From Hyphochytrium catenoides (lineage: Eukaryota > Protista > Hyphochytriomycota), in assembly GCA_900088475.1 (NCBI GenBank), contig FLMG01004374.1, positions 62,001 through 126,000 on the forward strand: 64,000 bases of DNA, read 5' to 3'. The notes under the pieces are model-generated. The model was not told where the DNA came from. It saw nothing but the letters and a program-made list of their open reading frames with translations, and made no database searches. How positions within the stretch are numbered: position 1 is the stretch's first letter; the number at the start of each line of letters is the position of its first letter. This document shows positions 1 through 13,000 of the stretch, piece by piece. The position numbers and the translations under genes were made by a program.

Positions 1-1050
1 AGGAGATGATGACGGTGGTGAGGCAGTCATGAAAGAACGACGACTGTTAGTCATCTCAGGTCTCAGTCAAGACTTGAAGGCACTGGTTCCTAGTGCTTCT
101 CCAATCATCAACCCACCAAGTCGTTGGTGCCCGGGTCGGAACCACAATAGACAAGATCGGTCACCGTATAGAACTGGGCCAACTATAGAACTAAAGGACT
201 ACTTTCGAGGCGCTTGGTTGGTGGATACTGGCCGCCAACTTTTTTTGCTGATTTCTTGATAAATAGAAGCTGGTTCGCAAACCCCGAATTGGACGCATTA
301 CTTTATTCATAGTAGTCCACATCCGTGGGAAACCATTGAGAATGGCGAACTATTAATAGTCTTGAATGCTAAGAAAGAAGCACCAATCACAGGAAGACGG
401 AGCTATATACAGTTATACCGGAGGTATTATCTACAGGCCGTTGGCAACAAGTGAGCCTCATATCGTCGCTTTATGGTTAATTGCTGTTTTGGATATGGGC
501 ACGATTGGTCAGAATATTGTTGACTATGCTCAGCCAAGGAAGAGAATGCTTGACAGTATTATGACCTCGCCTGCCTAGGGATAAAGGCCCAATTACATAT
601 TGCTGTTCCGCGCACTACTACGAGAGAGGTATGGCGGCCACCGCACGGGTTGTGGGTGACAAGAGGTCAGCGCCAACCTTATAATAATCAGTGTGAAGAG
701 GGCCAGCTGCTGCCTGCTGATGATTGATCCCTGCCGTCCTTCCCTGCTGGGAAGAGTTTCGCCTTTGCCATTGAGACTGAGGGGGAAAGACGAAGGACAG
801 AGACCTTTCCCAGAGCTTGTTTCAGTTAAGTGAGAGGAGGCACTAGGAACCTCACTTTCCGGTGTAGCTTGTCGCGTCCGTGGGCAGTGCAGGGGCGGTG
901 CAATAGCATATCAAAACGTTCCGTCGCTGTCGAGTTGTTGAGCGCAAGACAGCCCTCCTCATGGAAGTTGAGACCCGATAAACTGACCGTAACGGACAAT
1001 CCTGATCCTCACTTAGAGTACTCGTGAGTGTCGCTACCTAGAGGGGAAGG

Positions 1051-4000
1051 ATGTGGTGGTGGCTGTGGCTCGGCCTCAAGACTGCGGTCATATGCAGTGT
1101 GATCGGTTCGGTCCTGGTCTTCTTTGCAGGACCGTTGCTGTCCTTAGCGCTGAGGTATTCCTTCTTGCTTTATCTGTGAGGCGTCGATACAGCAGGAAAC
1201 TAACAGCTGTACCATCTCAGCTTTGTGCCGAAGCAGTATTTGAAATCAAGACTGAAGATTCGCGTGGCGTGGAATAAAGGTCAGTTCTTCATAGCAAGCT
1301 CGGTGCTTCGTGACCAGCGACCTCGCTCACATCTTCTCCCCTGGTGCAGTATATTTCGCTCTCGAGGATCTCGATCTAGGGAAGGCAGTCCTCGGGATCA
1401 TCTCCCCCTTCGTGCCACTTCCTTTCTCCATTACAAGGCTGCGCCTTAAGCATGCGTCTATCTTGATACCTCTCGACGTGCTAAAAGGTGGCAGCATTAA
1501 GCTGAATGCCTCCGGTCTATCCGTGGACCTGGTATCTCATACCGAAGCCTATTGGAATCCTTCTCTGCTTCAGGTCTGAACTATGGTGGACTTTCAGCTC
1601 AGCGGGGTAAGCTAATTGACGCTTCACCTGCCATGATAGAACAAGGATCGCTTAGCGAAGGCTGTGGAGGCTGCAAGAGCAGCGAGAATCGCTGAGGCCA
1701 ATACCTGGTGGATGACCATTCTCCAGAAGTTAGATGGCATCGTAAGGATCTACCCACTTCTACCTTTCTATGGATTTAGTCCCACTCGTTTTATCTTCTA
1801 TATTTCTGTTATCTTACAAGCTTGATATTGTTAGGCGAAGAGCAACGATGTAATCAAAAAGTTTGAAAGTGAGCGGGCTGCGCAATTGAAGGCGGAGAAT
1901 CCAATCGCTGCTTGGAAGCGCACTCTGGACAGCATCATTGACAATCTCATGATTGAGAGTTCTGACATCAATATTAGATTGCTGGTAGCGAAGCAGTGCA
2001 CTCTGGGCATAGAACTAAACGGGTTCAGGTTCAATCAAGCGGAACTGAAGGAAGAGGTAACAACCAAAGGCCAAAGCCCTCTCTCGTTTTTGATACGCCT
2101 TATTGCTGACGCGATCCCCATCCAGACAACTGTACGCAAGCGGGAGATTGAGATAGACGGTTTCTCTATGTACGTAGACGTTGATGCGGTGGTCCTAGAA
2201 AACGTGGAGCCGGAAAGTACGACGGTAGGAATGTCATCAGCTCTGCTCATTCCGCGTATCATTGTTAAGCCCATCTCTGTTCTCTTGTCGTTACATTAAC
2301 AGCAAGAGTTGGATCTTGGTCTGTACACCTCAAACAACGAAAAAGTCAATGCAGCCGAACTCCGTCACGATCATGTCATCGACAACCTTACCTTTTCTCT
2401 CGTTTTGGAGCTTCCGCCAGTGATGCAGGGCATTCTGCTTCCCCAATATCTGGTTGGCGGTCTTTCCCCTCCGGTGCTAAAGCTTGTGAAGGTTCTTATC
2501 GTATTTGAGAATGCCTGTTTGGGCATCAGTCCCGACATAGTGAGAGGTCTGTTCGGCCTGTTGGATAGACTCAATGGCTATTATAAGTGGACTGGACATG
2601 CTAAGGTCAAGGATGAGGCCGGTATCCTCTCCCTGACAGAGGATGAGAAGAAACAGTATAGACAAAGGTCTGTGTCCAGCTTTTACTCTGTGCGGTAGAT
2701 GTGCTTTGGGTGTCGAAGCGCTGACAATCACTCTACTCTACTGTCCGTCAGCTATGCCACGCTTGATGATAAGAAGGCTTCAAAGTCGAGGAAAGCGGAA
2801 AGTAAGAAAATTGTGGATGAACTGGAAGCGAGGATGGAACCTAAAGAGATTCTGAGACTGAGAGTGGCGGCAAAAGCGCTACAGATCCCGTCTGGTGGAG
2901 AGAAGGTGGAGTCGATCCCTGAGCAGCGAAAGCTTGACGCGGATCTATCAGAGCTCATTGCCAAGCCCATCTCGTACGGTGACTACCGCTTAGTCGTCTT
3001 CCTCAACCCCCGATCCAAACACACACACACACACCAACACACACACACACAATTCACCCACCGCTCTTTGGCATCGGTGTTGCACATTCTTCTTACAAAG
3101 GCCGAAGCGGCAGATCTTCAGACTGGCTTTTCGTTTAGAGCTGTACAATGTTGTTTACCTACTTGGTTCTGTTGACGTAGCTACGTCAGCTAGCACGTTA
3201 TTCTATCTTCTTCCCGCGATCAGTGACAATGGCTAACATCCATCTGCAGATTCTATGCCCCATCATTGAAGCCCGTTGATGATGAGAATCTGCCTGTCAG
3301 GACAGTCTCGGTGCACATCTCAGTCAAGAGATTTCTTTTCAAGTTGAGAGGACATCATCAAACCTCGTTGGTGAACATGGGTGCAAAGGATCTAGAGCTA
3401 TCCCTTGCTGCGGCACTTTATGAGGTCAAGGGCGATACTCCCTCGATTATCCTAAGCCTGTCACTTTATCGCTTTTACATTGTCGACAGGTAAGAAAGAT
3501 GATGCACTACTATCTTATGTCTTCTGCGCTGGTCCCGTACGACTTTCATCAAGAACCATATCTGTTACTAAATACCCTTCCAGCAGCCTAAACTACTACT
3601 ACAGTTTCCGTCACTGCGCTTTTCCACTGCCTTAGCATCTATATTCCCTTGCTTCGAAGCCATAATGTACCGTTTCTTTCTCAGTCTCTCTGATTAAGTG
3701 TGGCTTGTGCTAATGTCTCGTTTGCCTACAGCCGGGAGCCAGCTCAGAACGCAATAACTAGCATATTTGACATTAATCCGGGGTGCAAGCAAATGCTGAA
3801 TGTGGACCTTAAGATACTCGGTGACGGCTTCATCGAAGGCAATGTAGACGCGCAGGATTTTTCCATTGTGGGTAACGTGGAACCCCTTATCGTCCTATCA
3901 AAAATCTATATGGCCGCGATGATATCGGCAGAGGACGAGCAGTCCATAGCAGCACCCACTGAGACCGTTGTGGCAAAGAAACCTGTCATTGTCTTCGTAA

Positions 4001-7000
4001 AGGACCTACCACAGGACTATTCTCCACTTTTCCTTGGCTCGGTACCGATGGATTTCACGTTAACAGTAAGAGATGTTGAGCTCATTAGCGCTGTTGATTA
4101 CACGTAAGTGTCCGGCGTTGCCTTCCTCATCTGCAGATCCTCCTTCAGCTCTACTAGAGCCTCCCTTCCTGCCGCTTGTTCGAACATTCGACACGGAGGG
4201 TCCACAAAGATGCCTCCAGGACCTTCAAAGATAACCTATCGTCTGCTCTCTATCCCAACGATGCTAACTTGAAACCTTCCGCATGGTGTCTTTGCCCAAC
4301 GCCTTTCAGGGTGAAGCGGAGCCATACTATATCAATATCTTCCAACCTTTACATAGAGATCGAAAGTAGCAAGAATAAGGAAAAGATCTCTTTGCAGCTG
4401 GACGAGGTGGCGGTAGAACCGTGCAGCGTGGACGTAACTGACGAAGGCATCAGCCTGACAAGGCCAGAAATAAACCGAAGTCTTATTGAGATTACCGGAG
4501 CAGGTAAGGAGTGGTTGTTTCTCGGTATACAAAGGACGTCGGGAATATGAAGTTTCGCCAATTTTGAGAGATTATGATAAAGAATGCAGAATCGTGCAGG
4601 AAGGGCTTGGTTTGGGACCAGGGTTGATAGCGGATCGACGCCCGGCATAGTATGTTACCACAAGCATACCGCAATGGACGGAACAGCGGAATCCTTTGTA
4701 AGATGAAGCTTGGGAGTGAAGAATGACTTTTAAGAGGACAGCAAAGAGACTGCCAGACTGCCCTCTTACAGTGGAATCCACTTTCCAACATCCACAGGCA
4801 GCGGGCCAGACGTAGACATTGTGTACGAGTCACAGTTACTGGAGCCTTCCGAAGATCGCCCTAGCCTCCTCATCACCCGCAAGATCCCGGACAAGAGTCA
4901 AATGTCTCTCCACTCCCAAGGGCCGTCCGTAACAAACAGTCCCCAGTACTCCCGGTTGAGGCAAGGTTCTACCGCTGAATCGGATATTCCACCCAGCCCC
5001 GCACATAGCGCTATCTCTGAAAGGTTTGGCTCTGAATCTGGCTCTTTCATGGATGATGGACAAGGAGGCAGACAGAGTCTCGATTATATTATTGAGCCGC
5101 CAGGAGCGCAACGCTGCGTCTACCTGAAAGTCAAACTTTGTGCAATCAACCTCAGCAAGGACGATATTGCCCTCCTGCTTGCCATCTCCAACCGACTTTC
5201 GGCCTCCATAAGCGAGGACGAGAAAAGTCAACACGATGTGCAAGAGAAAGAGAAAGCCCGCGTTGCAGCGCAGAAGGAGAGAGAGATTAAGGCCAACCTT
5301 AAGAAGCTAGAGGACTCGTTCCGCTCTATCGATACGGACGGAATGGGCACCATCTCTGCTGACGAAGTACATGAGCTGCTCAAGGAGGTCATCAAACGAA
5401 GGCTGACACGATCTGAGATGGAGGAAACAATCAAAGAGTTCATGAGCCTTGTGGATGCCGATAACAGCGGAGACGTAACTCTTGAGGAGTTCATCTCTAA
5501 ATTGAACCCCGAAAAGACTGTCTTTCGACAGAAGCATGCAGGGCATATCCGTCTCACAGCGCAAGAGTATAAGGACCCTTTCTATACCAAGGACTTGGCG
5601 GTAAAGTTCAAGAGAGTGATGGAAGAGTATTCCTATGAAGAAATAGGTATCCAGAGTGATCCTAGCAAGTTCCTATGGCGACCAGATCTTCCTGTTCCCC
5701 AAGAAGTCAGTGGAACGACGAGCCCCTCTGCTATCTCTAGCGTAGCTTCTGGTGTCTCAAACGTGACGCGATCCGCGGTTACTACGATTGGTGGCCTTGG
5801 CAGTAGAGCCGGTGGAGCTTTGGGCTCTGCGGCGAATGCGGTCGGAAGTGTACGAGGTCTTTCTACGGTGACTGGAGTGGTGGGGTCCGTGGGTTCAGTA
5901 GCTGGTGCCGCTGTTGGAACTGTGGGGTCTGCTGTTGGCTCAGGTGTTGGAGCTGTTGGAGCCAAAGTCGCTGATGCAGCCTCGACGGTTGGCTCAGCCG
6001 CTGCTTCCCAGGCTACAGCTTTCAACGGTATGTTGATGGGAGGGTTATCAAACATCCAGACAGCGTTGGGGGAATTACCTGCCGCGCGCTCTAAAGCAGA
6101 AATCGACCAGAAGCTGAAGGAAGAACTACGACGCTTTTGGGAAATGTACATGACAGAGTGTGACACCTCTCTGGACTCTTTGAAAGGCCAGAAGCCGCAC
6201 ATTGTGCAGCAAAAGCTCATTCGCGTGTTCAGATCGAAGGACTTCGCTAAAGAGGCGTGGCAGTCCATCATAGCTCCCAACCTTCGGTCGAAGAAAGAAA
6301 GAGCTTCGTGGGTGATTAGGGACTCTGCCGTGGTACAAGGGGTGACAGATATTCAAACGTTGCTAGAGAGGGTGACGGCGACAACTGGTACGGTTTTGGA
6401 AGCCGAGGAGGAGGGCAACTACCCTGATCCTGCACCGATGATTGTTCGCACGGACATAGAAACCGACCTGGGTGGTCTGCACCTCTGTTTGATTGACCCT
6501 CGGCTGCCTGCTGGCAAACCGGGTATTCGATTCTCCGCAACTGACATCAACGGACTCATATCATTCGCACTTTGGGAAGGCGGCACTCCTCTTGGGACCA
6601 AAGTCAAAGCCGCCGACCAGCTCTTCTATCCTCAGGATATTATCTCCTCCGACGTCTCGTTCTCCGTGCAGGGCGAATATTACAACTCTGGCGTAAAGGA
6701 GATGGAGCCTTTCCTAGAGCCCTACGCTGGTAAGAGTGCCTAATAGTGTTCTAGAGTTGACTCGAAGAGAGAGTTCGTTCGGTGATCACAGGAACTTCAA
6801 CTCGTGTCACTCCTCTGATATTGTTTTGCGCTCTCTGAAGGCGGGCGGGTCATGCTCCTGCTAGTCACTCCTTTCTTTGAGGATCTGTTGCCCGTCTTAC
6901 CTCATACTTCCACTACTAATCAGCCTTTGTGGGTGCCTCTCAGGTGAGCTATCAGTCTACAAGGAGCCACAGATGCCTCTCCATGTGGAGTTCCTNNNNN

Positions 7001-10000
7001 NNNNNNNNNNNNNNNNNNNNNNNNNNNNNNNNNNNNNNNNNNNNNNNNNNNNNCTTGAGTCTTTCGGGAAGCTGGATGCAAAGAAGAAGGAGAGGGAACA
7101 CATTACGGACTTAGGTGGACTTTTTTGGATAAACAACCAGTCTGGGAGTCCCGTTGAGTGCAGCATCACTTCCTTACAAGCTGACACCGGTTCATCTCTT
7201 CAAGCTCCCATAAGGGTCCCAGATATGAGTTGGGAACCTTGCATAGTCCACGATGAGGCGCTCATACTGCAGCAGCTGCAACAAGAACAAAGCAGAAGAA
7301 AGGATCTGGCCGAAGCATTTCATAGCGCAGATGAAGATGGTAGTGGAATCCTGGATTCGGAGGAGATCCGCGCTCTTATTATTGATGTCTTTAAGAAGAA
7401 AGGCGTCACGCAGGATCAGTTAGAGAAGGAGGCAAGTGAGTTTATGAAGATTGCCGACACGGATGATAGCGGAACTGTCACATTAGAAGAGTTTCTGGTA
7501 GCCATTGAGAAAAGTGGCAAACAAGCTCGAAGGACTCTGACGTTAAACGTGGAGGGTTATGAGCCTGTCACGAGCATCCCAATCGATACGCTTGACGTGA
7601 AGGTCTACGAGCTTGTCCCGAAACTTCCCTTCAGGCTTACTGGAGCGGAGAGTGCAGTTGATCTCTACGAAATGGCTAAGGAGCTGTATACAAGGCAGCC
7701 ACCATCTGCTGCCGCTCTGGCGCAGGCCTATGGCCTATTCCGCATGTCCGAGGCCAAAGATTCTCAGAGCTATGGACGAATCAAGGGCTATCTTGAGCGT
7801 TGCCTGGAGAATCATATTCCCGTGCGTATGGCTATCCACATTGATTCAGACTCTATGTTTGGTCTCACTGTCCATATCCGGTCTAACTATCGGCTGAGGA
7901 ACTCAACTTCCAGGACGACGGAAGTGATGTTCTATGATAACGATAGGCAGGCGGTGGTAGCCCACACTGCTAACGGGGGAGAGCCTCTACGTTTCATATC
8001 CCTTAAGAGAAACGAGGAAATAGCCGTACCTATCCCTCTCGTGAACCGCGGCTACTTTGCTGTAAGGCAAGTGGGGGAAACAGACTGGAGCAACCAATTA
8101 GAAATAACCACTGCAATGGTCGAGGAAAAGGAGGCACTCGCAAAGCTGGGAAAGAAAAGAACAGCAAAGGCCCGTGTGGAGGAGATCCTCACCTTCCCGT
8201 TGAAAGCGCGCATTGATGATCAACCTCTTAAGGTGGTACGGGAGCGTGTGTCGAACCAAGATCACTGCTTTGACTATCAGCTGAACCTCCTGCCTCAATT
8301 TCTCTTCCAAAACTCCTTACCATGTACGATCGAGTACAAGATTGTCCAGCCTAATGATAACTTCGAGACTGAATCCGGCGGCTCAGGTAGGGGTTCTCCC
8401 GGTCGGAGCCATATCCAAAGGCTCTTCGACACTGTAACAGAGGTGAATGCACGCCGTGGGTTTATAGAATCAGGCCATACAGCTCAGATTTCAGGCCTGG
8501 ACATGAATGAGGATGCCATGCTCAGAGTCCGGCTCATCAGTAACTTTTCCGCCGGCGATTCTTCTACAACGGCAGAAGCTCAGCGAAATAACCCTGCTAC
8601 TGCCTGGTCAGACAACATCGTAGTGCCACTGCTGAAGCACGCCAAGAAGTTTACCAGCGAGAACTTGACGGTGAAGCTGAATCATGGAGTAGACTTTGAG
8701 CTAGTCCCAAGTTGGTACCAGGACCACNNNNNNNNNNNNNNNNNNNNNNNNNNNNNNNNNNNNNNNNNNNNNNNNNNNNNNNNNNNNNNNNNNNNNNNNN
8801 NNNNNNNNCCCGAGTCCCGGTACTTCAGCACCTGACCGTTCAGAGCGTAATGGCAGCAACCCACCTGGTGTGACAGTAGACTGGCTCTCCACGCTAAGTC
8901 CCCGATGTGAGACTAGCATCACAGAACCTAAGCCCGGTTGGTCACACGGGCTGGATATTATGACGTGAGTTCGACCTTGCTCTATTACAATCCTGCGCGA
9001 TACCACTGAACGTGTTTGAGGCGATCCCTGCCTTCGTTATCCTTTTTGCGTCTTCTATATCCCGCAAATTCCCTTCTGCGACATTTCTCACTCTCTTTAG
9101 TAATCTTCCTTACCTCGTCCGCTCGTCCCCCGACTTACTTCACTACCTTTCAACAGGATTGGACGCCCAGGGATAATAGAAGAGGTAGGGTTCTACAACC
9201 TTGCCTATGAGGTTGACGTTGCAGCCTCCCAGTATTTCCGGACAAAGGTCATCACCATACAGCCACGATATGTACTCCACAACCATACAAAACGAACCCT
9301 GGAGCTACTTCCTCTGAACATAGACAAGAAGGGTGAAGGGTTGGACTTTGAGGACCCCAAGGTCCAAAAGAAGTACAAGATAAAGCAATGTCTAGTCAAG
9401 GAACAAGAGAGTGCTGTGATCTACCAGTTTTATGGACACAACTGTGACAAGGGCAAGGCGATCAAGATTAGGGATATAGAGGAAAACGGCGGTACGTGAA
9501 TTATCTGTCCGCTCAAATGGTCTCCATCATGCTTCTCCGTCAGTGGAATGTTCTAACCTCTGGGCTCTCTTAAAAATAGCTTGAATTTCTCTTCTAGCCC
9601 ATAGCTCTCAGCTTACATTGGTCTAACTGCCCTTCGATGACTTTCTTCCTTATCAGATGCGAGTGGTTGGTCTCAGATGCTGTCTGTGGACAGTGACCGT
9701 GACTACTTCATATGGAGTCGGGGCATCCAGGGCGAGGGGCCACTCCTCTCTGTCGGCATCACTCAGCGAGGGCCTTCTACCTTCATCACCATCACGGACG
9801 CCACGGCCACTCCACCGTTCCGCATAGACAATAGGTAGGAGGAGGTTACATCTCCATCTCTGTCTTGTTTCTGTCAAGTTTGGCTCATTAGGTCGAGACA
9901 CATATATGATTTGGTAGAGTTCAGCTTTCTCTCATTGTGCCGGTCAGCCTGCATTGTGGATTCTATCTTCTTTAGGTTCATCGAACTCATATCACCCCAT

Positions 10001-13000
10001 TATGAAACTTCTTCACCATCCCTCTTTCGTCTGTAAGGTCCACGAAGCACACGATTCGGTTCCGTCAAGCTGACCTTCCTGACGCGACTGAGTGCACTCT
10101 GGGCCCGGTGCGGTGGAGCTCCTTTACTTGGGAGAGGTTCACTCGTAGTTCTGATGATCAGATGGAGCTGGAGGTGACCATCGGAACAGCACCTTCCTTC
10201 AGGGTGAAGCTCAGCCAAGTTCAAAACCTCAAGCCGTTGTCGCCAGATGGTGAGCCGTCAAACATTGGGTTTAGGCGAGGATAGTTGCCTATTAAGGGCA
10301 TTGTATCTGCCATTAGACTAGTCGGCGCAGGCTAGAGAAGGGCCAAGGAGGCGGCTATCTTATGCCTCGTTTGTGCGCTCCCTTTTTCACCTCTTCAGAG
10401 GCCCACTTCTCTCATTAGAGTACCTTCCCGTTTTAACCCTTTACCTCCGTCTCTCAATTATTTCTCCTCCCTTCCAACTTGTCCTGTCCAGGAGGTCAAA
10501 CCCGCGTCTTTGGAGAGGTCTACGTACAAAATAGCACCCGCGTGCTCTCCTTCTCGGATGCCGAGCTCAATCATTCAGACATTGCGAAGTTTAGAAAAGG
10601 GTACGCCCCCGTCATTGGCGATTGCAATCGGTCTATCATCCAAATATGCCCAAAGCCGCACCTTTGCTTCACCTCTCTTGCTCTTCGGTGGCAAGGAGAG
10701 CACTTACCCTCCTGCTTTCCTGAATCTCAACTTAAGGTTGCATATACTAATCAACTTGCCTTCAATTTCTACCTCCTTCGGCAGATTTCTCTCTTCGATT
10801 GTCTTTGACTTTCGTCTGCTGGGCTCCACCATTACGCTCATCGATTCCTCGCCTCGCGAGCTTATGGCAATCTACGTGGAGGACGTGGCCTTGTGTTCTC
10901 CTGAGCGCTCTCGGGAGATAAGTTTCAAAATCCATCACGTGGAGATCAGTAAGTACCATCTTTGATGCAAACGACATTCATGAAGGGCCATGGACTAAAT
11001 GAACATGGCAAAGAGGGTTCAGGAGGTGTGAAAGGAATATAGGGTATCTGAGGAGGGATGCAGGGCTAAGTAGCATCTCTGACCTGTCCTCGCTGGCTCC
11101 AAGTTGTCTTCATTATTCTCCCTTGCTTTGCTGTCTGATGTGTGTTGAGGTCCCATGCCTAAACCGAGTAATCGGACTGGCAATGTGAAGAGCTTTTTAG
11201 TTTTAAGTTCCACGTTTTCCTTCATGTTCTAATTGCTCTGACTAACTAACTCTCCTATGTCTCCTTCTCCAGATGACATGACTGTATCGAGCGAGTATCC
11301 TGTCGTCTTCGTCCCGACCGACACTGGATATCGCAGTGACAGGCACGAGGACTGGAAACCTGAAAAAGGAGAGAAGCCTTTCTTCATCTTTTTGCTGGAT
11401 ACTGAGCCAAGCGAAGGTCCGCCGTCTCCTTCCTTTATCTCCCTCCTCCCATCTCTAGGTGTTAGCTCGTCCTTTCCACCTCAACGCCGTTCATTCAGTA
11501 CTCTGACTTATCGGGCTAAACAACTTCTACTCGTCCTCCTCGATTAGGCATTATGATTATCAAACAGTGCGCCCTGGGAATGGGCAACATGCTGTGCCAA
11601 ATCAATGCGGATTATTTGCTCGTCGTCGCGTTTATGTTCATGAGGATGATTCCTGAGTCGGACCCTGAGCAAGACATTATCAACGGTAGGAGGACTTGTG
11701 ATGGCAGGGGAAGAGAAGGATAGAGTCCCATTAGTTAGCTCAAACTCTCGCCGTCCCTGACATTCACCCCTAGCTCTCTACCCGATTATTAACCGCCCTC
11801 CTTCCCGTCTCCCTCTCTCTCTCTTGATTGTTGCATCAACGCTGAGAAATGGCTCGTGCTGATCACTGTCTCTTGGTTGACATCGGTTCCTTCTCTGCAG
11901 GGCAACTGGCCTGCCGCACCTCAGTGCTCAAGAAGATAGAGAAGATGCCTCCGCAAGGAAGTGGCGGATTGATCTTCCTGAGCCACATGATGGTCCAGCC
12001 CTTCGACTTCGACTTTGTCTTCGTCTCAGATCCAGAAAACAATCAATCTGGTATACTCACACTCCTCTTATTCTGCAGTCGGAAGGCTATCTCCATCCTT
12101 CACAAACCTTGTGCTGAACCTGACCAAGGCTTCTAGTCGACTGGACTCCGCGCATTGTAATGCTTCGTTACCAGTGTGCTTCGCCTTATTGTCCTATGCC
12201 CTCTCGCATTGACCCCTATGGAGTCACTCTAGCCTAACCGTTTTGCTGCTAACTATATAAACCTCAGGTCTTAAGCAAGTTCTGCCTGCTACACTGGCGA
12301 ACATGGTGGGAGGCATAGCACACATCACGCCTCGGTTCCACTTCCGTCCGATTGCCTACAAAAATCGCTTCTTCACGCCTGGAGAGCTGGCTTACGACGT
12401 CGTGATGACCATCGTCTACGAGGTGGTGGGGCAGTGGTACAAGGTGGTAGGCTCAGTCGAGATGCTTGGAGATCCTGTCGGCTTTGTCCAAGATGTGAGT
12501 CGTTTCGCGCTGTCCTTCCCTCCCAATCTCATCTTCTTAGTTGAGCTGTGTGTTCGGCATGAGTACTGTATGTCTAGTGGAGATTTCCCTTCTGGGATAA
12601 GAAAGGAAGGATGCCGATGTAGTACGAAGTTCCGCGGCACGCTGCCATGACCCACGATGTCATATACTATTATCGTTGACAAAGGCGGCCTCACCACTCC
12701 TCTGACGATGCCACACAGGTTGGACAAGGCTTGAGGCTTTTTGTACGGAAAACTGGGAAAGAACTGAAAGGGGAGAGCGAGAAGAAGGGCGAAGGGGCAA
12801 AGATCCTGATGCAGACTTTAGTTGGTGCCCCGTCTGTGATGATTGGGAAAGCGTCAAATGGCATGGGTAACATGCTCAAGCGCATGACTTTCTTTGAAAG
12901 CCAAGAGGCAGACATTAACCCCAAGCACCTTGGCCACGGACTCCTGCAAGGTGGAGAGGTAGGTGAAACTCAAGAGGCTCTGTTTTTTCCGACAGAGTGG

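Noticed and set aside
5633-6280. 215-aa Pro/Thr/Ala-rich minus-strand ORF
   Set aside because: Antisense shadow of the Gly/Val/Ser-rich VPS13 exon.
6996-8808. Frameshifts or a split of VPS13 at the N runs
   Set aside because: These are assembly gaps. VPS13 motifs continue in the expected order on both sides.
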